Shown here: positions 38,573 through 50,600 of the stretch, one piece after another
Position numbering within the stretch: position 1 is the first letter of the stretch
How the letters are laid out: each line of letters opens with the position of its first letter
Source: Octopus vulgaris
Taxonomy: Eukaryota
Direction: 5' to 3'
Assembly (NCBI GenBank): GCA_951406725.2
Contig: OX597843.1
Location: 5,084,001 to 5,148,000 of the forward strand
DNA length: 64,000 nt
Position numbers and translations under genes: made by a program
The notes under the pieces: generated by a model
What the model was told of the DNA's origin: nothing
The model's database searches: none
The model's input: the letters and a program-made list of their open reading frames with translations, nothing else

Positions 38573-38934
38573 ATTCAAATAGTTTTCTTACCAAAGCCAC
38601 CTAAACCTCTTATTGGTAGTTGACAAGTGGAACATGATTCACACTTAATTCTGATGTAACAATCACGACAGAGGACTGTATGTCCGCAGGGTTTGAATTC
38701 TGAAGAGGCTCTAACTCGACAATATGTACATCTGTGGAACAAAATACAAACACATCCCAACAATAATTTCCATTTATAATCAGGATTACATTGTGTACCT
38801 GTTCAAGGTAGAGAATAAAATGAAGGAAGAATAATACTCTTCCCAACGTGACTGCATCACCGTCTTGCCGCATAACGCATTCTGTCGCTCTCAATTGGTC
38901 CTGGTGAGACCGAATGTACTTTATCAAATGTACT

Positions 38935-39730
38935 TTATCAAATAGTTTTCTTACCAAAGCCACCTAAACCTCTTGGTTGTTGACAAGTGGAACATGATTC
39001 ACCCTTAATTTTCATATTATAAAGTCAATGAGACAAACAGACAGATTATCAAATAGTTTTCTTACCAAAGCCACCTAAACCTCTTGGTTGTTGACAAGTG
39101 GAACATGATTCACCCTTAATTTTCATATTATAAAGTCAATGAGACAAACAGACAGATTATCAAATAGTTTTCTTACCAAAGCCACCTAAACCTCTTGGTT
39201 GTTGACAAGTGGAACATGATTCACCCTTAATTTTCATATTATAAAGTCAATGAGACAAACAGACAGATTATCAAATAGTTTTCTTACCAAAGCCACCTAA
39301 ACCTCTTGGTTGTTGACAAGTGGAACATGATTCACCCTTAATTTTCATATTATAAAGTCAATGAGACAAACAGACAGATTATCAAATAGTTTTCTTACCA
39401 AAGCCACCTAAACCTCTTGGTTGTTGACAAGTGGAACATGATTCACCCTTAATTTTCATATTATAAAGTCAATGAGACAAACAGACAGATTATCAAATAG
39501 TTTTCTTACCAAAGCCACCTAAACCTCTTGGTTGTTGACAAGTGGAACATGATTCACACTTAATTTTCATATCATAAAGTCAATGAGACAAACAGACAGA
39601 TTATCAAATAGTTTTCTTACCAAAGCCACCTAAACCTCTTGGTTGTTGACAAGTGGAACATGATTCACCCTTAATTTTCATATTATAAAGTCAATGAGAC
39701 AAACAGACAGATTATCAAATAGTTTTCTTA
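38935..39730. repeat. 111-bp sub-array, ~7 copies
   Basis: aatagttttcttaccaaagccacc at 38941, 39052 and onward. Confidence 0.95.
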
Positions 39731-41289
39731 CCAAAGCCTCCTAAACCTCTTATTGGTTGTTGACAAGTGGAACATGATTCACCCTTAATTTTCATGTAAC
39801 AATCACGACATAGGGCTGTATGTCCGCAGGGTTTGAATTCTGAAGAAGCATACGTAACTCGACAAAATGTACATCTGTGGAACAAAATGCAAACACATCC
39901 CAACAATAATTTCCATTTATAATAAGGATTACATTGTGTACCTGTTCAAGGTAGAGAATAAAATGAAGGAAGAATAATACTCTTCCCAACGTTGGCTGCA
40001 TCACCGTCTTGCCGCATAACGTATTCTGTCTCTCTCAATTGGTCCTGGTCAGACCGAATGTACTTTATAAAGTATCCATGTCGTTTTCTACAAGTTGCCA
40101 GTATTTACCCCTACACAGAACGACCGATTTAACGGTCAGACTTTCTAATGCTGGTTCTTAAACTCTCAGCTGAGATTTTATGAGATTTAAATATCTTACT
40201 TCAGCAAAGATCAAAATGATGTTCTTGGGAATACCTTTGTCTTTAATCATCACCTTCCCTAGATACTGATAAATCATTAATCAACTTTGATGACTCATAA
40301 TCAATTGTTAGAAATTGGTGTTTACTGATATAAAAACAGATGTACTGATATTTCAGGTAGTTGCAAGTTATTTTGCTGTATCATTCATTAGTCTTGTGTG
40401 CTGCAGCACATAATTTTCATATCATAAAGTCAATGAGACAAACAGACAGATTATCAAATAGTTTTCTTACCAAAGCCACCTAAACTGCTTATGACAAGCG
40501 AGACATGATTCACCCTTAATTTTCATGTAACAATCACGACAGAGGACTGTATGTCCACAGGGTTTGAATTCGGAAAAAGCATACGTAACTCGACAAAATG
40601 TACATCTGTGGAACAAAATACAAACACATCCCGACAATAATTTCCATTTATAATAAGGATTACATTGTGTACCTGTTCAAGGTAGAGAATAAAATGAAGG
40701 AAGAATAATACGCTTCCCAACGTTGGCTGCATCACCGTCTTGCCGCATAACATATTCTGTCGCTCTCAATTGGTCCTGGTCAGACCGAATGTACTTTATC
40801 AAATAGTTTTCTTACCAAAGCCTCCTAAACCTCTTATTGGTTGTTGACAAGTGGAACATGATTCACCCTTAATTTTCATATTATAAAGTCAATGAGACAG
40901 ACAGACAGATTATCAAATAGTTTTCTTACCAAAGCCACCTAAACCTCTTATTGGTAGTTGACAAGTGAGACATGATTCACACTTAATTTTCATGTAACAA
41001 TCACGACATAGGACTGTATGTTCACAGTGCTTGAATTCGGAAGAAGCATACATCGCTCGACAATAATTTCCATTTATAATCAGGATTACATTGTGTACCT
41101 GTTCAAGGAAGAGAATAAAATGAAGGAAGAACAATACACTTCCCAACGTTGGCTGCATCACCGTCTTGCCGCATAACGCATTCTGTCGCTCTCAATTGGT
41201 CCTGGCCAGACCGAATGTACTTTATCAAATAGTTTTCTTACCAAAGCCACCTAAACCGCTTATGACAAGCGAGACATGATTCACACTTA

Positions 41290-44200
41290 ATTTTCATGTA
41301 ACATTTACGACACAGGACTGTATGTCCGCAGGGTTTGAATTCTGAAGAGGCTCTAACTCGACAATATGTACATCTGTGGAACAAAATACAAACACATCCC
41401 AACAATAATTTCCATTTATAATAAGGATTACATTGTGTACCTGTTCAAGGTAGAGAATAAAATGAGATCTTACTATGATGGGTAAGAATACATTAGAAAG
41501 ATTTCTATTAGCAATTGCATTCAGATTTGTGTGTATACGAACTGTGTATACATACATTCACACACATCGTTTAACGTCCGTTCTCCATGCTAGCATGGGT
41601 TGGACGGTTCGACTGGGGATCTGGGAAGCCAGAAGGCTGCCCCAGGCTCCGGTCTTATCTGGCAATGTTTCTACAGCTGGATGCCCTTCCTAACGCCAAC
41701 CACTCATACAATTATATACGCATATTCATAAAGATATGTCTTGGCTCAGATAAATCACTAAAATCGTTTTATGGGTCTGTGGTTTGCAAAAACACAATGG
41801 ACTACATATGATTGATTGATTCTAGTTTCAGCTCACGAGCTGCAGCCTTGCTGGGGCACTGCCATATATTGCAGAAATACACTTTAATTTCAACATAGAC
41901 TCCATTTCTTCTGGATAAATATATGTATGAACACATTTATTAAATGTGTATACAACAAATATTTTGTTTTATCTCCTCTATTTAACAAGTGTCCCATACT
42001 CTGTCATCTGGTTTCAAACTTTAGGGGTGGACAGGCAGAACACAATTTCCATGGGTTTCCATATGGGTATACTATGTATCAAAACAGGTTATACTTCTAA
42101 AATAGAATAATACGCTGAAAATCCTGTGGTATATATTTATATACGTAAAAGCCCCATCCGTTCACGTCCGTTGCCAGCCTCGCCCGGCCCCCGTGCCGGT
42201 GACACGTAAAAGCACCATCCGTTCGTGTCCGTTGCCAGCCTCGCCCGGCCCCCGTGCCGGTGACACGTAAAAGCACCATCCGTTCGTGTCCGTTGCCAGC
42301 CTCGCCCGGCCCCCGTGCCGGTGACACGTAAAAGCACCATCCGTTCGTGTCCGTTGCCAGCCTCGCCCGGCCCCCGTGCCGGTGACACGTAAAAGCACTA
42401 TCCGTTTATGTCCGTTGCCAGCCTCGCCCGGCCCCCGTGCCGTCTGGCACCTGTGCGGGTGGCACGTAAAAAGCACCCACTACACTCACGGAGTGGTTGG
42501 CGTTAGGAAGGGCATCCGGCCGTAGAAACACTGCCAGATCTGACTGGGCCTGATGAAGCCTTCCAGTTGAACCGTCCAACCCATGCTAGCATGGAGAACG
42601 GACGCTAAATGATGATGATGATAATGATGAATGAGACAGACAGATTATCAAATAGTTTTCTTACCAAAGCCACCTAAACCTCTTATTGGTTGTTGACAAG
42701 TGAGACATGATTCACCCTTAATTTTCATGTAACAATCACGACACAGGACTGTATGTCCGCAGGGTTTGGATTCTGAAGAGGCTGTAACTCGACAATATGT
42801 ACATCTGTGGAACAAAATACAAACACATCCCGACAATAATTTCCATTTATAATCAGGATTACATTGTGTACCTGTTCAAGGAAGAGAATAAAATGAAGGA
42901 AGAATAATACGCTTCCCAACGTTGGCTGCATCACCGTCTTGCCGCATAACGTATTCTGTCGCTCTCAATTGGTCCTGGTGAGACCGAATGTACTTTATCA
43001 AATAGTTTTCCTACCAAAGCCACCTAAACCTCTTATTGGTTTTTGACAAGTGAAACATGATTCACCCTTAATTTTCATGTAACAATCACGACACAGGACT
43101 GTATGTCCACAGGGTTTGAATTCTGAAGAAGCTCTAACTCGACAATATGTACATCTGTGGAACAAAATACAAACACATCCCGACTATAATTTCCATTTAT
43201 AATAAGGATTACATTGTGTACCTGTTCAAGGTAGAGAATAAAATGAGATCTTACAATGCTGAGTAAGAATACATTAGAAAGATTTCTTTTAACTATTACT
43301 TTCAGATTTGTGTGTATACGAACTGTGTATACATACTTTCACACACATCGTTTAACGTCCGTTCTCCATGCTAGCATGGGTTGGACGGTTCGACCGGGGA
43401 TCTGGGAAGCCAGAAGGCTGCCCCAGGCTCCGGTCTTATCTGGCAATGTTTCTACAGCTGGATGCCCTTCCTAACGCCAACCACTCATATAATTATATAC
43501 GCATATTCATAAAGATATTTCTTGGCTCTGATAAATCACTAAAATCCTTTTGTGGTTTGCAAAAACACAATGGACTACATATGATTGATTGATTCTAGTT
43601 TCAGCTCACGAGCTGCGGCCTTGCTGGGGCACTGCCATATATTGCAGAAATACACTTTAATTTCAACATAGACTCCATTTCTTCTGGATAAATATATGTA
43701 TGAACACATTTATTAAATATGTATACAACAAATATTTTGTTTTATCTCCTCTATTTAACAAGTGTCCCATACTCTGTCATCTGGTTTCAAACTTTAGGGG
43801 TGGACAGGCAGAACACAATTTCCATGGGTTTCCATATGGGTATACTATGTATCAAAACAGGTTATACTTCTAAAATAGAATAATACGCTGAAAATCCTGT
43901 GGTATATATTTATATATGTAAAAGCCCCATCCGTTCGTGATGTTGCCAGCCTCGCCCGGCCCCCATGCCGGTGGCACGTAAAAGCACCATCCGTTTGTGG
44001 CCATTTGCCAGCCTCGCCCGGCCCCTGTGCCGGTGACACGTAAAAGCACCATCCGTTCGTGTCCGTTGCCAGCCTCGCCCGGCCCCCGTGCCGGTGACAC
44101 GTAAAAGCACCATCCGTTTGTGGCCATTTGCCAGCCTCGCCCGGCCCCTGTGCCGGTGACACGTATAAGCACCATCCGTTCGTGGCCGTTTGCCAGCTCC

Positions 44201-44420
44201 GCCTGGCACCTGTGCAGGTGGCACGTAAAAAGCACCCACTACACTCACGGAGTGGTTGGCGTTAGGAAGGGCATCCAGCCGTAGAAACACTGCCAGATCT
44301 GACTGGGCCTGATGAAGCCTTCCAGCTTCACAGACCCCAGCTGAACCGTCCAACCCATGCTAGCATGGAGAACGGACGCTAAATGATGATGATGATGATG
44401 AATGAGACAAACAGACAGAT
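41290..44420. repeat. ~1.78-kb higher-order duplication, each copy with two oppositely oriented RTE-tailed SINE pieces
   Basis: ORFs 41475 and 43256 are offset by 1781. SINE pieces at ~41565-41705 (-), 42150-42630 (+, ~60-bp internal repeats), ~43346-43486 (-) and 43920-44402 (+). Confidence 0.9.
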
Positions 44421-45179
44421 TGTCAAATAGTTTTCTTACCAAAGCCACCTAAACCGGTTATGACAGGCGAGACATGATTCACCCTTAATTTTCATGTAAC
44501 AATCACGACAGAGGACTGTATGTCCGCAGGGTTTGGATTCTGAAGAAGCTCTAACTCGACAATATGTACATCTGTGGAACAAAATACAAACACGTCCCAA
44601 CAATAATTTCCATTTATAATAAGGATTACATTGTGTACCTGTTCAAGGTAGAGAATAAAATGAAGGAAGAATAATACGCTTCCCAACGTTGGCTGCATCA
44701 CCGTCTTGCCGCATAACGTATTCTGTCGCTCTCAATTGGTCCTGGTCAGACCGAATGTACTTTATAAAATGTACTTTATCAAATAGTTTTCTTACCAAAG
44801 CCACCTAAACCTCTTATTGGTTGTTCACAAGTGAGACATGATTCACACTTAATTTTCATATCATAAAGTCAATGAGACAAACAGACAGATTATCAAATAG
44901 TTTTCCTACCAAAGCCACCTAAACCTCTTATTGGTTTTTGACAAGTGAAACATGATTCACCCTTAATTTTCATGTAACATTCACGACACAGGACTGTATG
45001 TCCGCAGGGTTTGAATTCTGAAGAAGCTCTAACTCGACAATATGTACATCTGTGGAACAAAATACAAACACATCCCGACTATAATTTCCTTTTATAATAA
45101 GGATTATATTGTGTACCTGTTCAAGGTAGAGAATAAAATGAGATCTTACTATGATGAGTAAGAATACATTAGAAAGATT

Positions 45180-45430
45180 CGGACTCAACTTTACAAATAC
45201 ATGTCGATAAAAAAACTGATTGGTCAAAGAATGGCCCCTTAGTAATAAATTGAAATCGTTTTCTAGCACCATGAGTCGATAGGCGTAAAATGCCTTGGGG
45301 GAAACCTTCTGGTCAAGAAGTGTGAGAATTGTGGGATCAACCTTTTGAATTTCTAAGTGGTATCCATCCTCTCCTTGAGGAAAAAGGAGAGGGTACTGCA
45401 ACCTATCATAACATTGCTGTAACATGGAAA
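45180..45430 (-). pseudogene. Helitron RepHel N-terminal fragment
   Basis: YDRLQYPLLFPQGEDGYH...FYAYRLM...FNLLLRG..LTNQF. Partial copies at ~45610-45660 and ~46085-46200. Confidence 0.9.
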
Positions 45431-46219
45431 CAAGGATCAGTCAAATAACGTCGCTCTTTCCAAGGACGTCTATAAAAAGTAACGACATGCATCGACAAGC
45501 GCCTCGCACGATTCGATCCTGTTGCGTCTCCTTCTACAAATTTTCACCCTTCTTCACTCTTCCGCTCCAAAAATAACGTCCGACTCTGACAGCATTACTT
45601 CAGGTATTGAAAAAGGAGAGGGTCCTGCAACCTATCATAACGTTGCTGTAACATGGAAACATTGAAACGACCAGGATGCTGACCGGCAGGGGTTTTGTTT
45701 GCGAGGAGTATCACCAATTTTAAATCAGGATGAGAATCCAACGTTTCCATATCATTTTTGAACTCCTGAAGGTAAGGATGAGTCTTGTGGAGCTGCTAGG
45801 AGTGCTGCTAGGGCCGGGTTTGTTAGTCGAATTGATTCGTTGTGGTTTGCTGCTTGGTTGGTGTGAAGTCCTCAGAGACTGCCAGTACACGTCCGTTCAC
45901 GAGTGCTGCGAGGGCCAGAAAGGATGAATGAGTGATCCGCGTTTTAGGGGTCAGTTCCCCGCACATGCGCGAGGGGAAGACTTCCGGTGGCCAACCGGAA
46001 GTGATCCCATTCTGCGCTGAACCCTACACAGAAGCACCACTACATGGCTCCCCCTCGAGTGTGGAAGTACGAAACAAGAAAATTGTAGGATCAACCCTTT
46101 TTAATTTGTAAGTGGTATCCATCCTGTCCTTGAGGGAAAAGGAGAGGGTCCTGCAACCAGTCATAACATTGGTGTAACATGAAAACAAGGATCAGTCAAA
46201 TAATGTCGCGCTTTCTATC

Positions 46220-46440
46220 GAAATCCCACTGTTTGGCCCCACAGGAGGGACAAATTTTGTCCATCTTTCCAATGGTCACTTTGTCGTAGTTTTTAGCAGG
46301 ATCGTAGGTGAAGGCGGCCCTGGACCAGGACTCATCCCTCTTAGCGGCATTGTGTTGCTGGTGTCTGGTTGGGGTGTCTTTGTTGTGCTTGAATGCACTT
46401 GGCCGTGAGACGTGCCTCAACAAGTCTTGCCATACGGGTC
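46220..46440 (-). pseudogene. Helitron N-terminal zinc-finger fragment
   Basis: AAFTYDPAKNYDKVTIGKMDKICPSCGAKQW. Confidence 0.7.
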
Positions 46441-47034
46441 CTTTCACGTTGGGCAGCGAGACGTGCCTCCCTCCCTCGCAGCTGGAGTCTCGCTCATACG
46501 TAATAGGAATTCCCTATCCTCCGAGGAAACGAACTGTTGACCAGAAGAATTAGAATTCATTCTAATAAAAGCATCAATTTAAAAAGTTGTAACAAATGAA
46601 AATTTAGCACGAAAAATGTGCAGGGTTCTAAATAAATGCTCAAATGTTAATAGGTCCCAAAAAACCCACGTGATCACCAGTGATGGTCAGTATTTACATT
46701 CAGTCAGACACTACATGGATTTTTTGAAATTGGTGGTGATGACAATTTTTTCTACATTTGATGGTCATTGGGAGAAATATTTAGGTTCACCTGGACATGA
46801 AAACATTTCGTGTTTGACCCAGAATGGGGAATACAAGAGAATATTTTTAAGTAAAAGAATGTATAAAGATGAAGTAGTTTCCTCCGGTATAGACTATAAA
46901 GGACCAGGGTTTGTTGTTTGTAAACCACATCTCGTCAGTGTAGGGAAGAGGTTTATGTAGACAGCTTCCGAATGCGAAACTGTCTGTATCCTGGCATTTC
47001 ATACGTCCACTGTTTAACAGTCCGTTTCTAATGG

Positions 47035-47590
47035 AACATATGATTTGCCGCTGTTGGAGGCACCAATGATGTGGAATCCGTTCTTTTTTGGATGAATTTT
47101 ATGGCATATTTCGAACATTTCTCCTGCGAAGTTGTCTGCGTTGAAATGGTGCTGTTTCAGCCATTTCGTGTAAATTCTCAGAGACGTCTGTACCGAATGG
47201 TATTCGTAGTTCATGTCTGTGAAGAGTTCATGCTTTTGTTGCCATTTCAATGGATTGGTTACCGTTTCGATGTTGAGTTCGGTTGCTGCCGATCGGATAA
47301 TGTTTAGTAGGTCAGGAGTGTTCATATAAATATCTGGCCATTGTTCTTAGGCCTGTAGTATTTTTGGTGAATCTTATTAGATCGCCCAGCTCTGTGCTGT
47401 TGGCTGACATCATTAAGCATTTGACGAAAGCGTGTTTTTGCCCTCTGACTGTTTGCTTTTCAATGTAAGTTTGCCCTTTGTTCGTTGTCGTCTTTGAATA
47501 CGATTTCTTTGTCGGTTAGGGCCTTTAACATGTGTACTTGCTGTTTGGTGTTTATGTTAGACGCTGCGATTGTTTCTCTTTGTCAGATGC
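47035..47590 (-). pseudogene. Endogenous parvovirus/densovirus NS1 (SF3 helicase) fragment
   Basis: EICHKIHPKKNGFHIIGASNSGKSY matches the KKN..GxxxxGKS Walker A context of parvoviral NS1. It is truncated just after Walker A, and the upstream limit is uncertain. Confidence 0.75.
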
Positions 47591-47854
47591 GAGATATTTG
47601 CATAGGCCGTACCGATTAAATGCTTTCTGTGCTTTTGGGCCCCTTTGAAGCCCCAAGTTCCTGTAAGGATGCAGTGTCAGGGATTCTCACACAGAAGCCG
47701 TGATTCCATGGATGCAATTCCCGGTGGGTTTCGGTACAGGAAGTCAAGAGGCACTGGCTTTGCTTGTTTGTCCAGGTTTCCCACATAACTTGTGACCAAT
47801 ATTCCTTAAATCCCTGGCTATCACAGTCTTGGAGGTCTCACGATCAGATCGTTT

Positions 47855-48230
47855 CTTCCTTTCATTTCATTTCATTTGAGTCCATGCTCAGGCCAAGTCG
47901 AAGACTCCACCCTCAGAGTCTGGTGTGGTTGCCAGGTTGTATTCTCTGTTTAATTTTGACATGTGTAGGAGCGAGTTTGAGCCAGTTTGTGCTCGTTGTG
48001 TGTATCCTGGGAGATGGGGGTTCATCTCTAATGGTGCTTAAGTATCTATCCAGCTGCAATTTGAATGATTCCACACTGCATCCTGATAGGTTTCTGACAT
48101 GTACCGGAATGGAGTTGAATAGTTGTGCTCCTCGAACCAACAGACTTGACTCTCGCAGGGTTTTTGCTGCCTGGCCAGCCTTTTTGTTGATTGGTGTCCA
48201 CATGACATGAAGAGAGGTGCCTTTAGCTCT
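47855..48230 (-). mobile_element. 3' end of a CR1/L2-group LINE
   Basis: RGAQLFNSIP..VRN...FKLQLDRYLSTIRDEP with an (ATGAA)n tail. Confidence 0.75.
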
Positions 48231-48619
48231 TTCCTTGATGATGACACAATTTTCGGGCCTTTTCTACGTCCGATTGTTCTTAGAGAGGAGAGACATTATA
48301 AGCACGGTTCCTCCTAAAACTGAAGAATATGAAATAGAAAAGGAAGGATGTTACACAGAATAACGAAAACATAAAAAATGGTGTTGCCATAGAGTGCAAA
48401 CCAGCTGGGAAATGTTTTATCAAAATCCTTTCACAGAAAACCGAGAAATCCTAAATTTCACTCCTAGCTATTAGTATGGTTCTGGGTGTACACAGTAAAT
48501 ACAATGCTACAAGGTCTGTGACTGCTGCAGAGTCACTAGACCCCACAGTGATATCGTGATTGTCAGTCAGGTCTCACAACAGATGTTATCACACTTGAAA
48601 ATGTTCCTAATCTTCAGGT

Positions 48620-48897
48620 TTTGTCTGCTGTGTAATAACATTAGAATGAAATACTCCATTAACAGTCCTAGCTGTCTGTGATGCTGTATTTGCAAGAAGG
48701 AACTCATATTTCAAAACTGTACGAATTTCCAACTTATCCGTCTCTAAACAAAAATAGCAAAAAAAACGATTTACAAATATTTTATAAAGCATTGCAAAGA
48801 CGACAACGTGCGGAATCGGGACCGACTTTGTCACAGAAACATACTTGGACAAGCAACCATATACCTTACTACAAATTTCATACTTGATGACCTAATA
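48620..48897 (-). mobile_element. 5' end of a mariner element (TIR-like end plus HTH start)
   Basis: DKLEIRTVLKYEFLLANTASQTARTVNGVF; minus strand TATTAGGTCATCAAGTATGAAAT resembles mariner TIRs. Confidence 0.7.
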
Positions 48898-49674
48898 AAT
48901 ACAATAATACAAGGTCTGTGCAGTCACTTGACCCCACAATTGTTAGGTTTGACAAATAGATTTTATCACAATTGAAAATGTTCCTGTTGGAATATGCCTC
49001 AATTCTTTTTATATTCCCTATTTTTCACCCGTTTAAAGGGTCAGTCGGAATTTAGGGACGGTCAGAATTTAAGCAGAAGGGGGAGAAACGAGTAATTTAC
49101 TTAACGAAATTCTAAGAGATGGAGCTAAAAACTAACAGAAAGAAGGAAGAGAAAAATGTTCTTAGCTTTGACGTCTCCGTATGGTAAAAATAAAAATGGC
49201 CAGCACAGCGAACAAGGGTCAGTCAGAATTTAGGGACGTGGGGTTGGTAGCTTTTTCGTTAATGATTCTTTAATCAAAGGCCCAAAACCCTCCGAATATT
49301 TCTAAATTCACTTCCTCTAACATAACCCATGGGCTCGGTCTCATAACGAAACCTCTCCCTTTTTGTCGCAAAGTGTAAACAATTATTGCCCACCTCTATC
49401 AACAGCACCTCTCGAAAATAAAATGTGAAACCCTCAGATGTGACCTCTGGACCCAACAAGGATTTTCTCAATACAATAGATTTTATCGCAAATGAAATTG
49501 TTCCTAATCCTTAGGTGTTGTCCCTGTTGGAATATGCTTCAGTGCCTCTTATATTCCCTATTTTTCACCATTTCAAAGGGGTTATCCTACAGTTTTGGAT
49601 TTGGGACCTTGTTTTTATTTTCCCCTGTTTTTGAAGCTCTGTGACCTATTCAGCAGAAACTTCAAAATTCACAC

Positions 49675-49845
49675 TGTATGATTCATGTGTACGAACAGCC
49701 ATGCTACATGTCAGTGAAACATGGGCCGTGACCGCTGAGGATATGCGTAAGCTCACAAGAAATGCAGCCAGTATGCTCTGATGGATGTGTAATGTCAGTG
49801 TTCATACTTGACCGAGTGTAAGTACCTTGAGAGAAAAGTTGGATT
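49675..49845 (+). pseudogene. RTE-clade LINE RT C-terminal fragment (the main plus-strand coding piece in the mosaic)
   Basis: LYDSCVRTAMLH.SETWAVTAEDMRKL.RN...ML*WMCNVS. Confidence 0.75.
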
Positions 49846-49849
49846 TGAT

Positions 49850-50600
49850 GGTATTTGGAGGACCTTGAGGTAGAACCAGTAAGTAGTTCCTTCAAAAGCT
49901 GTGGCAGTTCCGGAAGAAGGGGCAATCTGAACTTACCTTTTAAGCAGCACATTCCAGGTGGCGCCCCAGCCCAATTTTTAGCATTGCAGAATGGGCAATT
50001 GAAGCACATTTCCCCTATATTTATGTCAGCGCAGATGGAGTCATACTTGAAAGCCCGTAGGTGCCAGGAAGGGCTGTTGGGACTCGTCACACACCGGGCA
50101 GCTTCTTGCCATCAGCTGTCCCGCTGCAACGTAGAACATTGCCCGTGGGAAGGTCTCACAGCAGAAGCCACATTTGCAATGGTAATGGACCGCCCATCTG
50201 CATCTTCGAAAGCTTCCATAGCCGCAGCGTTCCTAGCAAGGCGAGCCGTCCATTCGGAAGACCTGGAATCAGCATCAGCCAGTCGAGTGGCCCTTTGTTC
50301 TTGACCTTCTGAAGCCCTGGAAGCACCATTAGCAGCAGCGTTTCTAGCCAGGCGAGTCACCCTTTTGTTCCGGGCCCTCTGGAGCCCTGGAAGCAGCAGT
50401 GTATGAAGCCATATGGTGCGCTGTTGGAAACTTTCAGCAGCTCAGCATTTCGCTGAACGTAAGGCGCTTTGTGAAAGTCTAAAAGCAGTTTGGTCGGAGG
50501 ACTCGTTTGCTCTAATCGCTTTTAGTGCCAGTGCTGACTGAAGCGACGTCTCGTTTTCGGCTGTATTTCACGTCCCAAAGAAAGGGCGAAAGTTACTTTT
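49850..50600 (-). pseudogene. Helitron RepHel N-terminus (Arg/Ala-rich repeats plus Cys-rich zinc finger)
   Basis: TRLARNAAA repeats, then AFKYD..INIGEMCFNCPFCNAKNW...MCCLKGKFRLPLLPELPQLLKELL. Confidence 0.85.

Larger units (their letters stand above)
38575..45180 (-). repeat. Irregular tandem region of RING-finger (C3HC4-like) plus Helitron-snippet modules
   Basis: About nine copies of CTYC...FKPCGH.VLCRDC...C.TCQ.PI alternate with YIRSHQDQLRA / DAANVGKRIILPS Helitron snippets. Confidence 0.85.

Noticed and set aside
40075-40410. Unique coding-like insert among the RING repeats (similar unassigned pieces at 25570-25780 and 26640-27030)
   Set aside because: I could not assign a donor by eye; BLASTx/HHpred is needed.
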